From the NCBI RefSeq assembly GCF_003044035.1, contig NZ_NVQC01000030.1, positions 61,957-93,956 on the forward strand: a DNA stretch of 32,000 bases, written 5' to 3'. The notes beneath the pieces are model-generated. The model searched no databases. It had not been told where the DNA came from and saw only the letters and a program-made list of their open reading frames with translations. This DNA is from Candidatus Methylomirabilis limnetica (GTDB taxonomy: Bacteria; Methylomirabilota; Methylomirabilia; Methylomirabilales; Methylomirabilaceae). How positions within the stretch are numbered: the stretch's first letter is position 1; every line of letters starts with the position of its first letter. Below, piece after piece: positions 23,398-32,000 of the stretch. The translations under genes and the position numbers were made by a program.

Positions 23398-24228
23398 ATG
23401 GCCGTGCGCTCCAACGCGCAGCTCAAGCAGCTTCTGGATGAGCTCTATCACCGCTACAGTCGACCTGTCTTTCTCTCGACCAGCGCCCTCAGCATTCCCC
23501 ACCAGTATGCAAGCCCCGAGGACCGAGAGATCGCGGCCTTCGTAACCGCCTCCCTTGCCTATGGCAACGTCAAGCAGATCCACCGTAGCGCCAACACTGC
23601 GCTCGACGCGATGGGAGATAGCCCGGCCAGGTTCATTCGACGGTTCGATCCTACGCGCGATCCGGCCCGCTTTCAGCACTTTGTTCACCGCTTCAACTCC
23701 GGTGTCGACCTCGCGCTCCTCTGCCATCTGCTCCATCAGGCCATCGCGGCGGAGGGATCGCTTCAGGCCTTCTTCCTCAAGGGGTATGATCCCACTCACG
23801 ACGATATTGGACCTGCCCTGAACAGCTTTGTTGAGCGGATGCTGTCGCTTGACGTCTCTGCCTTCTACCCCTCCGGCACGCTCCCGGCAAAGACTGGCGT
23901 TCGCTTCTTTTTCCCCTCACCAGCCCAGGGGAGCGCCTGCAAGCGCCTCAACCTGTTCCTGCGCTGGATGGTGCGTCGCGGCGATGAGATCGACTTCGGC
24001 ATCTGGACGGCGGTGTCGCCTGCGAAGCTGATCGTGCCCCTCGACACGCATGTGGCTCGGATCTCGCAGCAACTCGGCCTAACCAGGGTGAAGCAGCCCA
24101 ACTGGCGGATGGCTAAAGAGGTAACACAGCGACTCCGTGCGTTCGATCCTGAGGATCCCGTGAAGTACGACTTTGCCCTGTGCCGCCTGGGGGTCCTGAA
24201 GCAGCCGATCCCAGGCTCTGAGCGGTAG
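23398..24228 (+). CDS. DUF2400 / TIGR02757-family protein (HhH-GPD-like fold)
   Basis: SACKRLNLFLRWMVRRGD..DFGIW......LIVPLDTHVARISQQLGL matches my memory of the DUF2400 signature. AAGGAG lies 11 nt upstream of ATG 23398; GTG 23386 is the alternative start. Confidence 0.65.
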   Translation: MAVRSNAQLKQLLDELYHRYSRPVFLSTSALSIPHQYASPEDREIAAFVTASLAYGNVKQIHRSANTALDAMGDSPARFIRRFDPTRDPARFQHFVHRFNSGVDLALLCHLLHQAIAAEGSLQAFFLKGYDPTHDDIGPALNSFVERMLSLDVSAFYPSGTLPAKTGVRFFFPSPAQGSACKRLNLFLRWMVRRGDEIDFGIWTAVSPAKLIVPLDTHVARISQQLGLTRVKQPNWRMAKEVTQRLRAFDPEDPVKYDFALCRLGVLKQPIPGSER

Positions 24229-24232
24229 AACC

Positions 24233-25015
24233 TCAATCTTCCATGGTCAGCACGCGCAGCATCTCGTCGTGGAGCAGGCCATTGTTGGCGAGGATCTGGG
24301 GGTTAGACAGGCGATGCGGCCCGCCGTGAAGATCGGTCACTCGGCCGCCCGCCTCGGTGACCATCAGCGAGCCGGCCGCCATGTCCCACGGGTGCAGCTT
24401 CAACTCCCAGAAGCCATCGAACCGACCGGCAGCTACATAGCACAGATCGAGGGCTGCGGAGCCGGGGCGGCGAACGCCCTGAGCTCGCTTCATGAACCTC
24501 ACAAAATAATCCAGGTTATTGTGCTTGGCGCCCGCGACGTCATTAGGAAAGCCTGTGGCCAGCAGTGCGTGCGACAAGCTGGCGATGGCCGAGACCTGTA
24601 ATCGCTTGCCGTTCAGAAATGCCCCTCCACCTCGCTCGGCCGTGAACAGCTCCTCCAGGCTCGGATCGTAGACCAACCCAAAGATCAGCTCACCGTCTTT
24701 TTCCACACCGATCGACACGGAGAAGCAGGGATAGCCGTGGGCGTAATTCGTGGTGCCATCCAACGGATCGATGAGCCAGCGGTATCCCGAGTCGCCCTGA
24801 AGTCTAGTCCCCTCCTCGCACACAACGCTGTGATGCGGCAACTCCCGTCGGACAATCTCGGCGATCGCCTTCTCTGAGCGGCGATCTATGTCGGTGACGA
24901 GGTTCTTCTCGCCCTTGAATTCGATGATCCGCTGCTGCTCCAGTCCCTGGCGAAGGATTGCCCCGGCTTCCTTCGCGGCCCGCAGCGCCACCTCGCGTAT
25001 CGCGTCGATTTCCAT
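24233..25015 (-). CDS. suhB: inositol monophosphatase family protein
   Basis: WLIDPLDGTTNYAHG, and WDMAAGSLMVTEAGG. Confidence 0.9.
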   Translation of the reverse strand: MEIDAIREVALRAAKEAGAILRQGLEQQRIIEFKGEKNLVTDIDRRSEKAIAEIVRRELPHHSVVCEEGTRLQGDSGYRWLIDPLDGTTNYAHGYPCFSVSIGVEKDGELIFGLVYDPSLEELFTAERGGGAFLNGKRLQVSAIASLSHALLATGFPNDVAGAKHNNLDYFVRFMKRAQGVRRPGSAALDLCYVAAGRFDGFWELKLHPWDMAAGSLMVTEAGGRVTDLHGGPHRLSNPQILANNGLLHDEMLRVLTMED

Positions 25016-25186
25016 CTGACCCCCTTGTGAAATTTATTGTCAGTTTACCACATCCGGTGGGCAGCGTCTAAGCCTCCTCGTCCTCGCCAACTGCGTTGCT
25101 CCAGGCAAAGGGTGGTGATAGTATGTGTGCGGCTCCTGGCATTCGGTATCGTACGCACATGAGACGTGTTCGCGGAGACCACGGTC

Positions 25187-25306
25187 ATGGCCATCGTCTG
25201 GAAGTGCCTCATCTGCGGCCACCATCAGCAGGGTGACCAGCCGCCAGACCACTGCCCAAACTGCGGCGCGCCCAGGGAAGAGTTCGTTCTCGTGGAGGAG
25301 GACTGA
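25187..25306 (+). CDS. 39-aa rubredoxin-like zinc-ribbon mini-protein (not in the ORF track)
   Basis: MAIVWKCLICGHHQQGDQPPDHCPNCGAPREEFVLVEED*. It has CxxC...CxxC knuckles, and GGAGA lies 9 nt upstream of the ATG. Confidence 0.45.
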   Translation: MAIVWKCLICGHHQQGDQPPDHCPNCGAPREEFVLVEED

Positions 25307-25386
25307 TCATTGTTGAAGACCTTTGAGAATCGGCAGAAGAGGAATGGCCCCCATCGATCCTGCTGCCAAGGCTCCCACCGTTTGAT

Positions 25387-26175
25387 ATGAGGCGTAGCAT
25401 GCTCGGAAAAGAGGAGCTTCAGAGGCTCCTGGACTTCGCAGTCGTGGCAGCCCAGGAGGCCGGGGCGATCGTCATGGACTATTTCCAGACCGCCCTTTCT
25501 CCGGAGCGAAAGCCGGACCGCACCTTCGTGACGGTGGCCGACCGCGAATCCGAGGAGAGGCTCCGGGCGCTAATCCGACAGGCCTACCCGGACCACGGCA
25601 TTCTTGGAGAGGAGTTCGGTGAGCAGCAGAGCAGCTCCGGTTGGACCTGGATCATCGACCCGCTTGATGGTACCGCATCTTTCCTCCACGGCGTTCCGCT
25701 CTTCGGTGTCTTGCTTGGATTAGAGGTCGAAGGAGAGGTCGTCCTTGGGGTGGCGAATTTCCCCGCGCTGGGCGAGCTGGTCTCTGCAGGCAGGGGAATA
25801 GGCTGCTTCTGGAATGGACGCCGCGCCGCTGTCTCCAGCGTGGGCGATCTAAAAGAGGCGTTGCTCCTCTACACGGACGGCGCCGGCTTTGAGCCCCATG
25901 GGCGGGAACCGGCATTCCGCCATCTGATCGCCGCCACCCGGATGCACCGGAGTTGGGGCGATTGCTATGGACACATTCTGGTCGCAACGGGACGTGCGGA
26001 GGTGATGCTCGATCCGGTGATGAACATCTGGGACTGCGCGGCCCTGCTGCCGATCCTACAGGAAGCAGGCGGAACCTTTACGGATTGGCAGGGACGGCCA
26101 ACCATCCGGGGGGGGAACGCTATCTCAACCAATGGCCGGCTGTTCGACCAGGTGATGCAGGTTGTCAGGGAGTAG
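25387..26175 (+). CDS. inositol monophosphatase family protein (HisN/histidinol-phosphatase-like paralogue)
   Basis: WIIDPLDGTASFLHG and WDCAALLPILQEAGG are present. The alternative start ATG 25399 has the better SD. Confidence 0.85.
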   Translation: MRRSMLGKEELQRLLDFAVVAAQEAGAIVMDYFQTALSPERKPDRTFVTVADRESEERLRALIRQAYPDHGILGEEFGEQQSSSGWTWIIDPLDGTASFLHGVPLFGVLLGLEVEGEVVLGVANFPALGELVSAGRGIGCFWNGRRAAVSSVGDLKEALLLYTDGAGFEPHGREPAFRHLIAATRMHRSWGDCYGHILVATGRAEVMLDPVMNIWDCAALLPILQEAGGTFTDWQGRPTIRGGNAISTNGRLFDQVMQVVRE

Positions 26176-26201
26176 GGGGGCTTAATGCCCTCCCGTGGGA
26201 C

Positions 26202-26227
26202 GGGCGGGGATGAACCCCGCCCCTACA
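26202..26227 (+). repeat. REP-like hairpin GGGCGGGG-N5-CCCCGCCCCTACA
   Basis: Same CCCCTACA tail as the units at 22475-22548 and 30283-30302. Confidence 0.55.
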
Positions 26228-26291
26228 CCGCACGAGACAGAAACGGGCGCCCCCAGAGTCAGGAACGCCCGTCACGATGCCGCAACGGCCG

Positions 26292-26606
26292 TTATCTCTC
26301 CTGTAGTAGCTTGCCTCGTTCTTTCTCCATCGCATCCTTGCCGGCCTGGTAGGCAGCAGTGAGAATTGCCTTTTTCTCTTCAAAGATCTCTTTGCCTACC
26401 ACGATCGCATCCTCAACCCGGTCTTTGACGTCATCAACGAGATCGGTGCTTCGATCCTTGGCGTCTGTCGCGAGATCGCGGAGACGAGTGCGGGTCTGTC
26501 GGCCTCCCTCTGGAGCGAATAGAAGCGCTAAACTCGCCCCAAGCGCACCGCCAACGATAAATGCGAGGGCCACAGAAGCAGGAGCACATCCTCGTTCTTC
26601 GCTCAT
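26292..26606 (-). CDS. YtxH domain protein
   Basis: N-terminal TM plus LLFAPEGGRQTRTRLRD, followed by a charged helical tail. AGGAGG lies 8 nt upstream. Confidence 0.75.
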   Translation of the reverse strand: MSEERGCAPASVALAFIVGGALGASLALLFAPEGGRQTRTRLRDLATDAKDRSTDLVDDVKDRVEDAIVVGKEIFEEKKAILTAAYQAGKDAMEKERGKLLQER

Positions 26607-26611
26607 GTCGA

Positions 26612-27001
26612 TTACCTCCTTCCCACAAGTCGTACAAGTAAGGTGCGTAGGCCAACCCGAAGGCCGGTCATAAGTGCAGCGCCAGTGATCAGCTTCGGAA
26701 AGACGATGCTCTGCACCAATTGATTTGCATCACGCACTGTCTGTCCCACTTCAGTAATCGTCTCAATCGTCCCGCCCATTTTCTCCATCCCGCCGGTAAC
26801 CTGGTCAGATGCACGATTGATGCTCCGAATGACCTCTTTCAGATCGATCAGCGTAGGCCGCAATTCAGGCTCAACCAGCCTGAGAAAATCCTCTGCCTGC
26901 CTGGCGGTCCGCCGAAGCTGCACGAGCACGGGGATCATGCCGCACACTAGGATAAAGAATAGGGCCACAATGGACCATAACGCGCACTCTGTCGTAAACA
27001 T
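26612..27001 (-). CDS. DUF948-like membrane-anchored coiled-coil protein
   Basis: N-terminal TM (WSIVALFFILVCGMIPVLVQL) followed by a helical region. GGAGG lies 5 nt upstream of ATG 27001; the track ORF extends to 27067. Confidence 0.6.
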   Translation of the reverse strand: MFTTECALWSIVALFFILVCGMIPVLVQLRRTARQAEDFLRLVEPELRPTLIDLKEVIRSINRASDQVTGGMEKMGGTIETITEVGQTVRDANQLVQSIVFPKLITGAALMTGLRVGLRTLLVRLVGRR

Positions 27002-27242
27002 CACACCTCCCCAGCAAACATCGAAAGAAGCCCTGATAACTTTACCAAAGCCGCCAGATGAGGTCAAGCCGTAAGATTACTGTCGAGATGTCCTGCAGCA
27101 GATTATACCTGCGTGGTAATTCTACGATCCACCGGCTTGGCGATCGCGTGAGAGCGAGGGCGGCCAGGAAGACTCGATGGTATGTTCGGGCTTTCGTGCG
27201 CTACGACTGCTTGACACCTCTCTTCCCCTCAGCTAAGGTCAG

Positions 27243-29390
27243 ATGAGAGGGAATGCAATGGGTGCAACTAATGTGGGGTCCCATGAAATGGGTTACGAGG
27301 CGCTGCCGCGGCACACTAATAGGCTGATCCACGAGACCAGCCCCTACCTGCTTCAGCATGCCCATAATCCGGTAGGCTGGTACCCCTGGGGGGAGGAGGC
27401 GCTCTGCAAGGCCAGGGAGGAGAATCGTCCGATCCTCCTCAGCATCGGCTATTCCGCCTGCCATTGGTGCCACGTGATGGCGCATGAGTCGTTTGAGGAC
27501 GAGCAGATCGCCAAGCTGATGAACGAGTCGTTCGTGTGCATCAAGGTTGATCGAGAGGAGCGACCCGACCTCGACGAGATTTACATGGCGGCGACCGTGG
27601 CCCTGAATCAGGGGCGGGGCGGGTGGCCGATGACGGTTTTCCTGACCCCCGATCAGCAGCCGTTTTTCGCGGGGACCTACTTCCCACCAACCGATAAGTA
27701 TGGCCGCCCCGGTTTCGCTACCGTCCTCAGACAGATCGCAGAGCTTTGGCAGAGCAATCCAGGCACCCTTCGGACCCAATCGGACGAGATCACCGAACGC
27801 TTGCGTGAGGCTTCTCGCCCGTCCATCCCCTTGCCGGTAGGGCAGACCGAGGTTGCTGCCGCCGTCGCCCACTTCGCTGGGAGCTTCGACCCGGTCCATG
27901 GCGGATTCGGTCCCGCCCCCAAGTTCCCTGCCGCGACGGGCCTGTCGCTCCTGCTGCGCCACCACCTTCGCACCGGCGATGCCCACGGCCTGCACATGGT
28001 GCGGATGACACTCGACGCCATGGCGCGTGGTGGGATCTACGACCAGATCGGTGGCGGATTTGCCCGGTACTCGACCGACGAGCGCTGGCTGGTCCCTCAC
28101 TTTGAGAAGATGCTCTACGACAACGCGCTCCTGACCAGGACCTATCTGGAGGCCTTTCAGGTGACCGGCGACCCGTCCTATCGGCGAATCGCGGCCGAAC
28201 TCCTCGACTACATCCTGCGCGAGATGACCGCGCCGGAGGGGGGCTTTTACTCCGCCACGGACGCCGACTCCGAGGGGGAGGAGGGGAAGTTCTACGTCTG
28301 GACGCCTGCTGAGATCGAGGCGATCCTGGGGGAGGAGGAGGCGCGTCGGTTCTGTACTTACTACGACATCACGGAGAGCGGTAACTGGGAGAGCAAGAAC
28401 ATCCCCAACGTCCGGCGCACGCTCGAACAGGTCGCGGTGAAGCTCGGGATCAGCGCCCCAGAGCTTCAGGCCTCCCTCGATCGGGCGCGCCCCAAGGTCT
28501 ATGAGGCTCGGCGGCAAAGGATTGCACCCGGCCTGGATGACAAGATCCTGACAGCTTGGAACGGGATGATGATCGGCTCGATGGCGGAGGGGTATCGCAT
28601 CCTCGGCGATCGGCGGTACCTCGACGCCGCAGTCCGCGCGGCCGACTTCCTGCTCACCACCTTGGTCCGACCGGATGGCCGGCTGCTCCGGACCTACCGG
28701 AGAGGGTCGGCGCATCTAGGCGCCTACCTAGAGGATTATGCCTACCTCTGCGAGGGGCTGATCGACCTCTATGAGGCAGGCGGGGCCGCGCGCTACATCT
28801 TTGAAGCCGTGAGAATGGCCGAGCGCCTGCTGGCCGATTTCGCGGATGAGCCGAGCGGCGCCTTCTTTACGACCGCGCGGGACCACGAATCGTTGATCCT
28901 GCGCCGGCAAGAGGGGACTGATGGCGCCTTACCGAGCGGCAATGCCGTGGCGGCCTCGGCGCTGGCCCGCCTCTCGTTTCACCTGGACCGAGAGGACCTG
29001 CGGAGCGCGGCTCATCGCGCCATCGTGGCCTTCGGCAAACAGATTGCCCTGTATCCGCACGCCTTCGCCAAGAGCCTTGCCGTAGTGGATCTCCTCCTGG
29101 AGGGGCCGATAGAGCTGGCCTTGATCGGCACCCTTGGAGAGGCGGGGTGTGAGGCGCTGCGCCAGGAGATCGGACGGCAGTATCTCCCAAACCGGATCGT
29201 GGCGTATCACGATCCGGCTGAAGGCGATCCACCCCCCTTCCCTCTGCTGTTGGGGAAGGGATTGGTCAATAGTCGCGCGGCGCTCTACGTCTGTCGCAAC
29301 TTCACCTGCCAGGCCCCGATCACCGATCCGGCTCAGGTAGCCGAGGCCCTCGGCGGTACCGCGCGACGCTCGGCTGGCGGCAAGCGCTGA
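27243..29390 (+). CDS. thioredoxin-domain protein, YyaL/DUF255 (SPATA20-like) family
   Basis: [29 protein letters not shown]...[18 protein letters not shown] is present, followed by a long alpha/alpha-toroid-like C-terminal part. Confidence 0.9.
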   Translation: MRGNAMGATNVGSHEMGYEALPRHTNRLIHETSPYLLQHAHNPVGWYPWGEEALCKAREENRPILLSIGYSACHWCHVMAHESFEDEQIAKLMNESFVCIKVDREERPDLDEIYMAATVALNQGRGGWPMTVFLTPDQQPFFAGTYFPPTDKYGRPGFATVLRQIAELWQSNPGTLRTQSDEITERLREASRPSIPLPVGQTEVAAAVAHFAGSFDPVHGGFGPAPKFPAATGLSLLLRHHLRTGDAHGLHMVRMTLDAMARGGIYDQIGGGFARYSTDERWLVPHFEKMLYDNALLTRTYLEAFQVTGDPSYRRIAAELLDYILREMTAPEGGFYSATDADSEGEEGKFYVWTPAEIEAILGEEEARRFCTYYDITESGNWESKNIPNVRRTLEQVAVKLGISAPELQASLDRARPKVYEARRQRIAPGLDDKILTAWNGMMIGSMAEGYRILGDRRYLDAAVRAADFLLTTLVRPDGRLLRTYRRGSAHLGAYLEDYAYLCEGLIDLYEAGGAARYIFEAVRMAERLLADFADEPSGAFFTTARDHESLILRRQEGTDGALPSGNAVAASALARLSFHLDREDLRSAAHRAIVAFGKQIALYPHAFAKSLAVVDLLLEGPIELALIGTLGEAGCEALRQEIGRQYLPNRIVAYHDPAEGDPPPFPLLLGKGLVNSRAALYVCRNFTCQAPITDPAQVAEALGGTARRSAGGKR

Positions 29391-29445
29391 CTTGAGCCAG
29401 GTAAGCGGGTAGCTTGAATCTTAAACTGGCAAAGGGGGCTTCACG

Positions 29446-30249
29446 ATGGTGCCTGATGTGCTGACGAGACATGAGCATGCGCTTCCGGGGTACATGCCGC
29501 CGCATAAACGGGATAGGCGACGCGCGGACAGCTACCTGAAGACGCTCGAAGCGCGCGCAAAGGAGAAAGTCGCCCTCGAAGCCCAACTGGAGGCGAACCG
29601 GCTGAAGCGGGCGGAGTTCTGGAAACAGAACGGCTACGGGTGGCTACTTCGGCTTGACCGTTACCCAGCCTGGAAGGAGAAACATTCGGCCTATCAGGCG
29701 CTCGCGGAAGAGCGGGTGCAGCTCGTTGAGAAGATTCGGCAAAAGACCCTGGATCTGAACCGCAGCCCTGAGGATAAGGACGGCGATGGCCTAGTCGATA
29801 CCGATCAATACCCGGATAAGATCGGCCAGAAGAAGGCGAAGCCGGCCTGGATTGCGTTGGTGGACCCGGCCAATTGTTCCGGGTGTGGTGGGCACAACGT
29901 TAAGCATGGAGAGTGGGTGACGCCGTGTCAGTCGGTCTGTCCGGTGGATTGTATCTCACACCTGATGCCCGAGCAGGTCAAGATGCACGGATACGACCGC
30001 AGCGTCCATGACAATGTGCCGTCCGTTCAGATCCGGTTTGATGAATGTATCGGCTGCGACAAATGTGCACAGGCCTGCGCACGTGATGCGTGGAACGCCG
30101 TCACAATGGTTAAGACCGAGAAACTCGAGGAGTTTTTCGGGATCACGCTCACCAATAAATACCCAGGCCGCGCCTCGAACGATATTGACTTCTCCAGGCT
30201 TGACCAGCTCACCGACGAGGAGTTTTGCAGCCTGTACACCGCAGTGTAG
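29446..30249 (+). CDS. 4Fe-4S dicluster-type protein with N-terminal coiled-coil and DxDxDG segment
   Basis: CSGCGGHNVKHGEWVTPCQSVCPVDC is a split first motif, and CIGCDKCAQACARDAW is the second. DKDGDGLVDTD is also present. Confidence 0.6.
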   Translation: MVPDVLTRHEHALPGYMPPHKRDRRRADSYLKTLEARAKEKVALEAQLEANRLKRAEFWKQNGYGWLLRLDRYPAWKEKHSAYQALAEERVQLVEKIRQKTLDLNRSPEDKDGDGLVDTDQYPDKIGQKKAKPAWIALVDPANCSGCGGHNVKHGEWVTPCQSVCPVDCISHLMPEQVKMHGYDRSVHDNVPSVQIRFDECIGCDKCAQACARDAWNAVTMVKTEKLEEFFGITLTNKYPGRASNDIDFSRLDQLTDEEFCSLYTAV

Positions 30250-30302
30250 CCCTGGAACCCAGGGTATAGGGTTTAGCGTATAGGGTCTAAGAGACCCCTA
30301 CA
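30250..30302. terminator. two hairpins between convergent genes; the second is a REP-like unit with CCCCTACA tail
   Basis: CCCTGG-AAC-CCAGGG (30250-30264) and GGGTCT-AAG-AGACCC+CTACA (30283-30302). There are no U-tracts. Confidence 0.3.
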
Positions 30303-30335
30303 CGCTTGGACCGGCCGCCTGCACTGTGCAATCGG

Positions 30336-30641
30336 CTAATGTTGCACCCCGAACCCGTGCTCGCCCTTTGGCTCTTCCCATACCACCTCGACCGAACTGA
30401 CCCGCGCCGCCGGAGGGCCTGTCCGACACCAGGCGATCATCGCTTCCACGGCCGATCTCCCGCCTTCACACACCGCCTCCACCCGACCATCCGAACTGTT
30501 CCGCACCCAACCAGCGACTCCGTTGGCTGCCGCTTCATCCACCGTGGAGGCGCGGAAAAACACCCCTTGGACCCTTCCTGAGATCCAGACATGGGCTCTG
30601 ACGTGCTCTTGTCCTACCATCCGCCCTGAAGTCCCCCTCAC
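30336..30641 (-). CDS. acyP: acylphosphatase
   Basis: [16 protein letters not shown] and [14 protein letters not shown] are present. Start is GTG 30641 (GTGA overlap with the upstream stop) or ATG 30620. Confidence 0.85.
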   Translation of the reverse strand: MRGTSGRMVGQEHVRAHVWISGRVQGVFFRASTVDEAAANGVAGWVRNSSDGRVEAVCEGGRSAVEAMIAWCRTGPPAARVSSVEVVWEEPKGEHGFGVQH

Positions 30642-31738
30642 CCGCCCCTCTCCCCCACTGGGGGAGAGGATACATGCAAGGGGGAGACCGGCACGCTGCG
30701 CCGCAGGCGCTGATAATACCGGTCCAGGGCTACGTCAGAGCCGATCATCGCCAATGAGCGCGCCATAATTCCATAGACGGCGCCACGCGGGGTCTTGATG
30801 GTGACGCCAGGATCAAGCAGATTGGGCGATCGATCGAGCAGTGCCAGTGTCTTGAGGCCTATGAACAGCGGCCAGATGCAGGCCAGACGCATTTGGACTT
30901 CGCGTCTCGGGATCTGGAGCGTATAGGCCCAGCCTTCCTGGTAATGATCGAGAGTGAGCGCTAGGAGGGAGCGTAACAACGGCTTAACCTTAACTACGGC
31001 GGTTGGGTCGAGCAGGTCGGCCGGCTGAAGGCCCAGCGCTTCCAGCTCCTGCCGCGGCAGGTAACAGCGTCCTATCCGGAGGTCCTTCGGGAGATCGCGC
31101 AGGACGTTCGTCATCTGGAGCCCCTTCCCAAATCGAACGCCGCGTCGCCTCATCGTCTCCCGGTCCCACCCGGCGAGGGACGGGCGATGTGCCATATGGA
31201 TCTCGGTCCAGAACTCCCCCACGCACCCTGCAACATAGTAGGTATAGCGGTCCAGATCGGCTCGCGTGTCCAGGGCGACGAGGCGACCCTCATTCTCTCC
31301 GGGGAAGGTGGCGAGATCCATGACCATCCCTTCCGTCAGGGTCAGGACCACGCCACGGATCATCGCCTGATCGGACGGACCGAGGGAATGAAGGATCGAA
31401 AACCCCTCGTCGAGGCGGGTGAGCAGTTCCCGCTCCGCCGCGACCTGCTGCCGTTCCGCGAGCACCTCTTTGATCGCCAGGAGATCGCCGGTCTTCCCTT
31501 CCCTGATCGCCTCGCGGAAGAGTTCGAGATACTTCAGGCGGTCTGCGCGGCCGATGAGAGTGGTGTCGGCGATGGTGTCTGCCGCCCTGGCGAAGAGGTA
31601 CGCCAGACCGATCGGCCGCCGCACATCGCTAGGAACGACCTTCAGGGTCAAATAGAATGAGCGACTGACTCGCTTGAGGAGTGAGCCAAGCAGGTCTTGA
31701 TTCTTCATCACGGCGGGCGGTTCGGCCAAGCTCACCAC
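30638..31738 (-). CDS. squalene/phytoene synthase family enzyme (HpnC/HpnD/squalene synthase-like)
   Basis: [45 protein letters not shown] and [22 protein letters not shown] are present. The start is uncertain: GTG 31738 or ATG 31708. Confidence 0.85.
   Translation of the reverse strand: MVSLAEPPAVMKNQDLLGSLLKRVSRSFYLTLKVVPSDVRRPIGLAYLFARAADTIADTTLIGRADRLKYLELFREAIREGKTGDLLAIKEVLAERQQVAAERELLTRLDEGFSILHSLGPSDQAMIRGVVLTLTEGMVMDLATFPGENEGRLVALDTRADLDRYTYYVAGCVGEFWTEIHMAHRPSLAGWDRETMRRRGVRFGKGLQMTNVLRDLPKDLRIGRCYLPRQELEALGLQPADLLDPTAVVKVKPLLRSLLALTLDHYQEGWAYTLQIPRREVQMRLACIWPLFIGLKTLALLDRSPNLLDPGVTIKTPRGAVYGIMARSLAMIGSDVALDRYYQRLRRSVPVSPLHVSSPPVGERGG
30647..30669. other. perfect 10-bp stem / 3-nt loop hairpin CCTCTCCCCC-ACT-GGGGGAGAGG
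   Basis: Read directly. It covers the last codons (SSPPVGERG) of the synthase gene and lies just upstream of the acyP GTG. Confidence 0.6.
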
Positions 31739-31756
31739 AGGTGGGGGCTAATCCAG

Positions 31757-31872
31757 GTAACTGCTCAGGTAGATAGGCTGAAGGCTGAAGGCTTTTAGGG
31801 GTAAGTCATGCGTGATCATACAAAACTCCGAAAAGGTCCAGAATAGCTCGATTCGTGCCTTGTGAGATAATT
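31757..31872 (+). mobile_element. IVS-like inverted-repeat cassette, copy d (long subfamily), right end truncated
   Basis: GTAACTGCTCAGGTAGATAGGCTGAAGGCTGAAGGCT...ATGCGTGATCATACAAAACT... is collinear with copy b up to GAGATAATT, then homology stops. Confidence 0.65.
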
Positions 31873-31874
31873 TA

Positions 31875-32000
31875 GGCTCTTCGCGTAATCGAGTGGGTGA
31901 ATTTCATGTTTTTCAGAGTGCCGGGAGCATGGACGTGAGTATTTTCAGCCTCAGATATTCTTCATCCCGCAGCCCATACGCACGGCGTTGGATAACCCGT
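31875..32000 (-). mobile_element. end of an ISL3-like insertion sequence (continues beyond window)
   Basis: The terminal sequence GGCTCTTCGCG... begins where copy d homology breaks. The transposase C-terminus follows 38 nt inside. Confidence 0.5.
31913..32000 (-). CDS. transposase, C-terminal 28 codons (ISL3-family-like)
   Basis: The minus-strand frame reads RVIQRRAYGLRDEEYLRLKILTSMLPAL*. The AYGFRD.EY..LKI pattern is what I associate with ISL3 transposase C-termini. Confidence 0.5.
   Translation of the reverse strand, partial: RVIQRRAYGLRDEEYLRLKILTSMLPAL

Noticed and set aside
27201-28715. 504-aa minus-strand ORF
   Set aside because: It lies entirely antisense to the YyaL/DUF255 gene, which has an unmistakable family signature. 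The product is Arg/Pro/Gly-rich with no motif, a typical high-GC shadow frame.

Overview
Bacterial chromosomal window of roughly 60% GC. I saw no rRNA, tRNA or CRISPR array. The left edge carries an acyl-CoA dehydrogenase 3' fragment and a family-III CoA-transferase. Next comes an ~8.6-kb accessory island (about 1.5-10.1 kb), bracketed by a duplicated CoA-transferase 3' end. The island holds three toxin-antitoxin modules (an AT-rich DUF2283 pair, MazF/RHH, MNT/HEPN), a possible restriction-endonuclease 5' relic, a very GC-rich AAA+/DUF4143 ATPase, and an SNF2-helicase + SWIM zinc-finger operon. No integrase is visible. Housekeeping genes follow: a GlcF-like Fe-S oxidoreductase, TerC, a heme cluster (fused hemD-hemE, hemH, hemY), a lipoprotein, ilvD, DedA, a JAMM protease + DUF2400 pair, two divergent IMPase paralogues flanking an unlisted 39-aa zinc-ribbon ORF, YtxH/DUF948, a YyaL-type thioredoxin-domain protein, an odd 4Fe-4S protein, acylphosphatase and a squalene-synthase-family enzyme. 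Three repeat families run through the window. (i) About 180-230-bp cassettes bounded by ~35-40-nt inverted repeats that enclose decayed pieces of a four-helix-bundle (23S rRNA IVS-type) protein gene: four copies plus a solo arm, one copy with a perfect 10-bp target-site duplication, one truncated by an ISL3-like IS at the right window edge. (ii) A ~30-nt palindromic unit inserted in the same reading frame inside both the SNF2 and the ferrochelatase genes. (iii) REP-like hairpins with a conserved CCCCTACA (GTAG-head) tail. The best candidates for new biology are the SNF2/SWIM(+ATPase) island as a possible anti-MGE module, the IVS-like mobile cassettes sitting in 5' leaders, and the in-frame palindromic insertions.
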